IMG/VR virus record: IMGVR_UViG_3300045125_000169
Span: 1 to 24,839 of that record
Direction: 5' to 3' (one strand)
From: a virus
Length of the DNA: 24,839 nt
Positions 18,418 through 24,839 of this stretch are shown one piece after another. The translations under genes and the position numbers were made by a program. The notes beneath the pieces were generated by a model. That model saw nothing but the letters and a program-made list of their open reading frames with translations, did not search any database and was not told the DNA's origin. Position 1 is the first letter of the stretch. Each line of letters begins with the position of its first letter.

Positions 18418-21400
18418 ATGGCAATCGCAACGCTCGCCACAACCCGCTATGTTGAGGTCGGCACCTACATCGGGCAATTTTTTCTTCCAGGTGCAGGATC
18501 TCTTCCTAACGAAGCTCGTGTAGTGTGTCTTGTTGGTAAAGGTGATCGTCTAATCGTCATCCGAAACCAACAATTTCTGCGTTCTTTCGTCTTTAAAGAG
18601 CAACTCGAATTTTCAACCATCGCACCGTTTAAGGCAACTCTTGCCTATCCTGCTGATGGTAATCAAAGTGCTCCCGTCAAACTCTATACCTCTGACGGTA
18701 TTGAGGTTACGGCCAACAAATGGCAATTCGTCGAAGAAGACGGTGCCTTTACAAAAGTTCAGCTTTTGGACACTGCCTTCGATCCGATGGCCACATATTA
18801 TTTCGACTATCAGTCTGTGTCTCGCGAAGTTCGCGATGTGATTCCTGACATCAGCATTTCCAATCTCAGTGCCACGGCACAGATTCGGGAAATCATGGCC
18901 GCAGGCGTCACTCAAGATCAAGACGAGTTTCGCGAGTACACCGATTATTTCGTAGACTTCGAGCTTGATGCTCTTGAAGCCTCTGAAGAAAATTCTGTCA
19001 ATGAAACATCTTTCACCGCAGTCAACTCGACTGGTGCTCACGGCACGGGAACAGTCGCCATTTCAGGTTCGGCCTTTTACTCTGGCAAGTACAACAGGGT
19101 TTACAGGCTTGAAGTTTTGAGTGCCAGTGGTACTGGTGGTACTCGTACCGCTTCGCTCAAGTGGTCGGCGACCCCTGTGAGCCTCGGTAACGAAATGGAC
19201 CCTCCCACACCCATCAGCCCGAACTGCGACCCCAAAACTTTGACCTTGAGCGCAGCTTCGCCCCTGAGCCTACAGAATCAGGCTTTGGAGCATGGAGTGG
19301 TGCTAGACTTTGATTTTGGTGCATCCAACTACCAAGTTGGGAGATGTGTTCTACCTGCAAGCCAACGGCAAAGGTCTGATTGAACTAGACCCGCTTCTAT
19401 CCAATACCAATCAGTTCACCACCATGTCTGCGGTTACCTCTGAGTTGATCTCGGGTTCTACTGGAACTATGAGTATCACGTCTCTGCCATCCGAATACAC
19501 AATGACCAGCCACAACTTGAAATTCAAGCTGGAGTGTATTGCGGCTTCGGGCTTGAGCCCCTCAAGAACTGCGACCTTCGTTTGGGTGGCTTACGGCTCA
19601 AAAATGCTTTCGGGGTCTTTTGTTATCAACCAAGGAACCCCAACATCTTTGATGCAAACTCTTGGGGCTACGGGTATCGAGCTAACTCTGGCTTTCGGGG
19701 CAACGCACTTCAAAAAAGGCGACGTGTTCGACTTTGAAGTGATGGCACCCAGAACTTTCTACAAAGGCAAAGAGTCTGTTCGCAATCTCTCGCTCAAAGT
19801 CGGTTCGGCTCTCAACCCTGCCAACAATTCTGGCCTTCTGTCTGGCTCTTACCTTGCAGACACTCCAGAAGGACGTTATGGTGAATGGGTTGCTACAGTA
19901 AGTGATACGGAAGACGGTCTGTTTGAAATTCAAGACGGTCTGCGTTTTTACGCCAGGAACATGTACGTTCATTCCAGCGTACACTCTTCGCCCTCGGGGA
20001 TCTGCTATGGTGTTGGCGATGAGTTCATGACCCAAGCAAGATCTCTTGGGACGTTCAACTTTTCTCTCTTGAGAGAAGAGGGGCAAATCTTCCGCAATCC
20101 GTCTGAGATCGCTCTCGACGTGACGGGCGCTATCACGGGTGTTGCTGGTGCTCGCTACATCACCGTGCGCCATCTGCCCGAAGAAATCCTTTATGTTCGT
20201 CAGATCAGTGATTCCAGTGCGGTTTCTTATGTGCAAGTCGCAGGCACTCCGTTCCTGAGGCTCACGCAGACTGTGGTTGGCGACCTTGAAATCGCCTTCC
20301 GTTGGCGCGGAGCGGAACCGAACCCTGGTCAATTCTATTACGTTTCGGCCAAATACCTGCGACCAGACTCTTTCTACAATCGTCCTCTGCTCTTCTTGAC
20401 CCAGGGAGACGCTGAGAAGTTCCTTGCGCCCAGCACTGTGCGCAATGACCTTTACATCGGTGCTCAGATTGTTTTCGATAACGCGGTTCCTGGTTTGTTT
20501 GTGATTCAAGTGAAAGACGCAGACCAAGACGGTGTGTACCTCGCACCGACTACCGCACCGCTATTCAGGCTTTCATGCAAGACAAAAGAGCCACCGATCT
20601 CGTGGTTCTGAACTTCTTCCAAGGCTTGCCCGATCAGTTGAATGTCATCAATCGTGCCAATGACCCCTTTGAGCAGCATGAGTCCTTGACTTATGTGGGT
20701 GCTCCGATCAACACCCCGATTGGTTCTGAAATCGAGCCAAACTCTCTGGTGTTCTTGGCGAAGAAGTCTTTGGCCGTTTTCGGCAATAGCCCTGCCCATG
20801 GCACCCGCGTTATGGTTGCACACACCAGGGCAACTCGCACGATTCAGCTTGAAGACGGGTCCGTGACCGAAGTGACCCTAGACGGTTCCTTCGTCGCTGC
20901 TGCGATTGCAAGCCTTGTCTCTTCCTTTGCGTCTCCGACTGAGACCATTTTGCAAAAGCAGGTGACGAGCTTCACTACGGTTGATGCTTACACCGACCAA
21001 GAAAACGCCATCCTCGGTGGCGCTGGTTTGGTTTTCTTCCGTGACGAAGGTAATGGGATCTACCGTATCCGCGAAGACATCACGACCGACACTTTTTCAG
21101 CAGATACCAAGAACATCAATCACATGACACAAAAACAATTTGTGACTCGTGATATTCGTCGCACTATGAACAGTGCCGTGATTGCGACGGTGTTCCCAAG
21201 TGCAGGGGCAGGGGTCGCGTTGATTCAGTCGGTTCTGGTTGGACGTTTGATGTCGCTCGAAACCAGTGGTCTGATTGGTCGCTATCAGGATGAAACGGGT
21301 AACGTCCGTTCCTTGAATCCTGCGAAGGATGCTCTTGTCTTCCGTGACCCTAATGATCCTACGTTGTACCACATGGCCTATAATTATTTCTTAGCAACAG

Positions 21401-21459
21401 CGGCAAAGCGTATCTTTGGTCTCTACACTGTAAACCTATCAGCAGGTTTCCCTACTTAA
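18418..21459 (+). CDS. Contractile tail sheath protein (~1,010 aa); frameshifts at ~19340 and ~20540
   Basis: SD GAGGA. N-terminus RYVEVGTYI..RVVCLVGKG. C-terminal sheath domain LDGSFVAAAIA..NAILGGAGL..RIREDITTD..AAKRIF. Rejoins read NYQVG|DVFYLQ and DGVY|xRTDYRTAIQAFMQD. Followed by the tube gene. Confidence 0.88.
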
Positions 21460-21486
21460 TTTGATTTTATAGAAGGAGCTTCATAT

Positions 21487-22035
21487 ATGCTTACCGCTAA
21501 AGCAGCCCCTCGGGGCAGTAAGAATAATTATGGGATTAACGATGTCAGCCCTCTGGAGTTTGGGGACTCCGACTCTCAGTTGACCACCAAGGTCTACCAC
21601 GGGGTTAGTATCTGTGCAGGTGAGACCGATGAAATCGTCGGTCGCATCCAGTCCTGGCAACCTGATGCTTACACCCGTGAGGGTGTGCATCTTTATGAGG
21701 TTTCCAACCTGCACTGGGGTCGCCCTGTAGAGTACGTCCCAGGCAAAGCCACGGGCTATACGATCGCAGTCACCCGAGCCGAGGTTTGGGATGGCGAGAT
21801 GGAACGAGCTTTCGGTGCGTCCAACAGAGTCTTTGATGACTTGATGGATCAAAATAAGCCGTTCAAAATCCGCGAATTTTGGCTCAAAGGCGCTGCGAGC
21901 TATCAAGTATGGCTCTACACCGGATGCTGGTTCCAGAACAAAAACATTGACGCTGTAACTTCTGACGGTGATGGTATTACAAGGATTTCTGCAACGATTG
22001 CTTACGTCTCTCGTCGTTTGACGACTGGCGGTTAA
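21487..22035 (+). CDS. Tail tube protein
   Basis: 182 aa directly after the sheath, SD AAGGAG. Motifs IVGRIQSW, LYEV..PVEYVPG, DLMDQNKPF, YTGCWF fit myophage tube proteins. Confidence 0.8.
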   Translation: MLTAKAAPRGSKNNYGINDVSPLEFGDSDSQLTTKVYHGVSICAGETDEIVGRIQSWQPDAYTREGVHLYEVSNLHWGRPVEYVPGKATGYTIAVTRAEVWDGEMERAFGASNRVFDDLMDQNKPFKIREFWLKGAASYQVWLYTGCWFQNKNIDAVTSDGDGITRISATIAYVSRRLTTGG

Positions 22036-22051
22036 TAGGACACTCTAGGAT

Positions 22052-22086
22052 AAGGGGGTATAGTCAACCTCGCCCCCTTTTCTTTT
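22052..22086 (+). terminator. Probable intrinsic terminator after the tube gene
   Basis: AAGGGGGT..GCCCCCTT stem followed by TTCTTTT. The loop is rather long. Confidence 0.65.
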
Positions 22087-22116
22087 CCACCTTACTTTAC
22101 TTCGAGGGTCATTCCC

Positions 22117-22626
22117 ATGGTGTTGTTTCGCGAAGTTTATGCATGGATGCGGCACCTGCTCAAAAACGATCCCGAGGCACTTGCTTCTGGTTTGATGGTG
22201 CAAGAAATTACACCTATGTCTGCTTCGCACTTCGACACCAACGATGGAGCGCGAACCCTCGCGGTTTACAAGCTCGATCAGGGAATGACCTGTCGATATG
22301 AGGTGCGCTTCGCAGGGATACGGCCCCATATTGTCTGGGTCGAGGGTGATGATGAAATCCTCGTAGACATGGTAGGACAAACCGGATTTCCTGGTGACTG
22401 GTACTCTTTTGACGTATCCGATGTCTGTGAATATCTCCTGCAAATCGCCAAGAAAAAGTTTTGTGACTCCAAGGTTCTCGTGATTTTGGACACCAAAGAA
22501 GTCAACGCTGCTAGTTTCAAGCTGATGGATGGCGGTTTTGTGCTTCGCGTTCTTGATTCCTTGAAATCCGCGAAAAATAAAAATCACTCGTATGGCTTTG
22601 AACAAATGGTTCACCCAACAGGATAA
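22117..22626 (+). CDS. Hypothetical protein (may be fused with the next ORF)
   Basis: 169 aa, SD GAGGG, no recognisable motif. Confidence 0.6.
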   Translation: MVLFREVYAWMRHLLKNDPEALASGLMVQEITPMSASHFDTNDGARTLAVYKLDQGMTCRYEVRFAGIRPHIVWVEGDDEILVDMVGQTGFPGDWYSFDVSDVCEYLLQIAKKKFCDSKVLVILDTKEVNAASFKLMDGGFVLRVLDSLKSAKNKNHSYGFEQMVHPTG

Positions 22627-23641
22627 GAAGCTCACAAACGGTGGCGACTCCTTCGACTTCGCTCATTCCGTGATTCACTATTTCAAAAAAGAAATTCCCT
22701 GCAAAGGCCCGAATGGAACTCGTAAGCTCGACTGGGATGATGTAGACCTCCTCGAAGATAAGTTCGACCCAGGTCACCCGATTGTCGAGTGGAGTGCTCT
22801 TAAAAGGTGGCTTGCGGAACCAGATGTTCGAGGCAAGTTACCCCCGAATATTTTAGAGCGCGTCATTTCTTCCACGAATGCCGATAACGGCAGTCAAGAA
22901 CGCGCTCGGCAGCGTATGGACGGCTGGCTTTCCGACTATGTGCAAGGCAAAGAGCTAGAGCCCACGTCCGAGGGCACCGTGGCCCTGGGCCAAGCGATTA
23001 TCGCTGCCTTAAAAACAGGCACCATACCTCTGACGTATTTGAGCCAAATTGAGCTTGCAGACTCCTATGAGCGCATCATGCCGTGGTCTTTGGTCCGTAG
23101 AGCCGTGATCGCTTACCGGATTGAGGCCGAAGTGCAATCCGATGACATGGTGGCCTTGGTTCTCCAGTGGCTTGAGTCCAGTGATCTTCTGCTCCCCCTC
23201 TATAAAGAGAACGAAGAGGGACGAGACGCGCTGAAACGAGCCCTTGAAGCTCAAATCACCCACCACATGGACCTCACGTTGCGCAATCCTGCATGGATCG
23301 GCAAAGTTCTCGATGGTTATGTAGGGCTGATGCCGCAAGCCGATTTAATCCGCGCTGTTCAAGTAGACTTTGACCTCTGGCTTTTCAACGCCCTGAGTCC
23401 TGCGGTTGGCGAAAAGGATTTGCCTCTTTCTCCCTATTCTTTTTCAGCAGAAAGACGCGATCAAGCCCTTTACGAGAAGATGATTGGTGCGTGGCTTAAG
23501 TTCCTCAAGGAACAACAAGTCGCCCAGCAAGCCAACTTCATCGAATGGCTGACGGTCCAACTCGAAAGTTTCTACGCTCATGTCAAAGCCCTTTGGGGTA
23601 AAGAGGAGTCTCCGATTACACCCCCAGGATGCCTAGCGTAG
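22592..23641 (+). CDS. Hypothetical alpha-helical protein
   Basis: 349-aa ORF with no clear SD and a 35-nt overlap with the previous ORF. Confidence 0.65.
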   Translation: MALNKWFTQQDKKLTNGGDSFDFAHSVIHYFKKEIPCKGPNGTRKLDWDDVDLLEDKFDPGHPIVEWSALKRWLAEPDVRGKLPPNILERVISSTNADNGSQERARQRMDGWLSDYVQGKELEPTSEGTVALGQAIIAALKTGTIPLTYLSQIELADSYERIMPWSLVRRAVIAYRIEAEVQSDDMVALVLQWLESSDLLLPLYKENEEGRDALKRALEAQITHHMDLTLRNPAWIGKVLDGYVGLMPQADLIRAVQVDFDLWLFNALSPAVGEKDLPLSPYSFSAERRDQALYEKMIGAWLKFLKEQQVAQQANFIEWLTVQLESFYAHVKALWGKEESPITPPGCLA

Positions 23642-23823
23642 CCAGGATTCTTGAGGCCGTGAAGACAGGCGATAAGTGTGAGCTTTTGTGTCTTCTCGTC
23701 GAGGACATGGAAGCGGAAGCAGGAGCGGGCCTACCGGACGCCATCCGTCAAGAGCTTTTGCTCAACCCATTTTTCAACTCCATTTACGACGCCGTGCGCA
23801 TTCAAAGCGTTGAACTACCCTGA
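23629..23823 (+). CDS. Small hypothetical protein (or frameshifted tail of the previous ORF)
   Basis: 64 aa filling the gap up to the SD of the next gene. Confidence 0.45.
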   Translation: MPSVARILEAVKTGDKCELLCLLVEDMEAEAGAGLPDAIRQELLLNPFFNSIYDAVRIQSVELP

Positions 23824-23837
23824 GGAGGAAATATAAA

Positions 23838-24113
23838 ATGTCTTTTATTAAGAAAGTAGAAGCGGCTGCCAAAGGCCAAAAAACGTATGAATTTATCGTT
23901 GATTTGGATGAGCGCGGAATATTCAGTTGTCATGTGGATGATCCAGAAGGAAAAGATGTTTGGTCGGCCTCAACTGAGGACGAGGTGGAAGGCGAATTTT
24001 GGCCTGTAAGGGATGGCTTTATGAAGCATACGGAGGATATGAAGGGTCTTGAGAATTATTTAAAATCCATGAAAATCATGCCGAAAGATGCCGTTTTGAA
24101 GTATGTCGGGTAA
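23838..24113 (+). CDS. Small hypothetical protein with LDERG..DGFMKH..GLENYL motif and MSFI leader
   Basis: Strong SD GAGGAGG, 91 aa, function unknown. Confidence 0.75.
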   Translation: MSFIKKVEAAAKGQKTYEFIVDLDERGIFSCHVDDPEGKDVWSASTEDEVEGEFWPVRDGFMKHTEDMKGLENYLKSMKIMPKDAVLKYVG

Positions 24114-24120
24114 AGTAATC

Positions 24121-24570
24121 ATGCGCCTCCTATCCCTTCTAATTTTCTCAACACTCAGCTTGGCTCAGGTCGAGGCACCACCGATTTCAGATCCTGTGCC
24201 GACTCCATACCCTGGCCCTTCCGCCCTGCAAGTTGAGATCAATCAGGTGCGGGTGCAATATAATCTCCCGCAAGTCGTGTCGCCTTATGGACTGGACTGT
24301 GCAGCCGTTGTCCACGCGGTAGACCTTGCGTCTCACCAGACCTGTAGTCATATCGGTTCCGATGGCTCGACTTTAGAAGACCGAGTAGCCGCTTGTCAGT
24401 CCACTGCTACGAGCGAGTGGATTGCCTGTGGCTTCCATACTTCTAAGGACGCTATGGCTTATTTTTTATCGCAACCTGAGTTCAAAAATAAGCTCATCGA
24501 CTCAAGCCTTCTAGCCGTGGGAACAGCCAGAGCAAAAGACGTGTGGGTGGTGGTATTTTTAAGTAAGTGA
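24121..24570 (+). CDS. Secreted CAP/SCP-domain protein
   Basis: Signal peptide MRLLSLLIFSTLSLA|Q, Pro-rich linker, then INQVR..LP..LDCAAVVHAVDL..SHIGSDGST..DRV..EWIACG..AVG..WVVVF. Alternative start at 24103. Confidence 0.85.
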   Translation: MRLLSLLIFSTLSLAQVEAPPISDPVPTPYPGPSALQVEINQVRVQYNLPQVVSPYGLDCAAVVHAVDLASHQTCSHIGSDGSTLEDRVAACQSTATSEWIACGFHTSKDAMAYFLSQPEFKNKLIDSSLLAVGTARAKDVWVVVFLSK

Positions 24571-24578
24571 GGCTTTTT

Positions 24579-24839
24579 ATGAGTTTTCTGTCAAAACTAG
24601 AAATCCTCGCAGGAAAGGTTTTGCCTTTCGACCTTAAGAAAAAACCTTTGTCTCTGAAAAAGGTCGAAAAAAATCTTAAAAAGCTGCGTCAGAACAAAAA
24701 ACAGCATTTAAGAACTGTGACTCCCGAGGAAAATCTAGCGCACGAGTTGAAAGAAGGTGACCGTGTGCGAATGATTGAAATGGGCGATGACCCGAATCCG
24801 ATAGCACCAGGAACTGAGGGTGTTGTTAGGAAGGTTAAT
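24579..24839 (+). CDS. Partial ORF: MSFL leader + basic tract + DUF4314-like domain
   Basis: Not in the ORF track. Reads MSFLSKLEILAGKVLPFDLKKKP..LKEGDRVRMIEMGDDPNPIAPGTEGVVRKV, with SD GAGG, and runs off the window end. Confidence 0.75.
   Translation, partial: MSFLSKLEILAGKVLPFDLKKKPLSLKKVEKNLKKLRQNKKQHLRTVTPEENLAHELKEGDRVRMIEMGDDPNPIAPGTEGVVRKVN

Noticed and set aside
19682-20527. 281-aa antisense ORF and other minus-strand ORFs from 2.6 to 23.3 kb
   Set aside because: They are shadows of well-supported + strand genes and show no motifs or convincing RBS.
3825-20611. Stop-codon reassignment (alternative genetic code) as the cause of gene fragmentation
   Set aside because: Fragments continue in different frames and end in TAA, TAG and TGA alike, so readthrough would not rejoin them.
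17295-22035. Bacterial contractile injection system or tailocin
   Set aside because: The linked terminase and portal-like genes indicate a DNA-packaging phage.
1-24839. CRISPR array, tRNA, rRNA, integrase or transposase
   Set aside because: None seen. Intergenic gaps are at most ~100 nt and contain no regularly spaced repeats or cloverleaf.
1-24839. Assignment to a named phage genus or host
   Set aside because: It cannot be supported without database searches. A TerL, portal and sheath phylogeny would be needed.

Overview
This window is the virion morphogenesis region of a large contractile-tailed (myovirus-like, probably jumbo) phage. Gene order on the + strand: large terminase (LAGLIDADG intein inside its Walker A motif), two small ORFs, portal-like protein, an unknown ~516-aa protein, three paralogous fibre-like proteins, a putative fibre chaperone, a putative tail-completion protein, a ~1,010-aa tail sheath, tail tube, then accessory ORFs (a secreted CAP-domain protein and a partial DUF4314-like ORF). 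A divergent minus-strand pair (2-TM protein plus M15 peptidase) lies upstream of the terminase. Many genes, including essential ones, are broken by 1-nt indels, mostly at homopolymers. These are most likely long-read consensus errors, so the ORF track over-splits genes, and I rejoined them by hand. Most interesting signals: (1) a ~2.6-kb duplication out of register with gene boundaries, giving fibre proteins of the form [..X],[Y..X'],[Y'..tip], consistent with a daisy-chained modular appendage; (2) both X copies break frame at the same homologous GAAAAA site; (3) a shared N-terminal leader, roughly M-[SG]-F-[LI]-x-x-[LV]-..-A, on unrelated small proteins, resembling a capsid-targeting sequence; (4) a local G/C-skew inversion inside the terminase gene. 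All family calls are motif recognition by eye; no searches were run.
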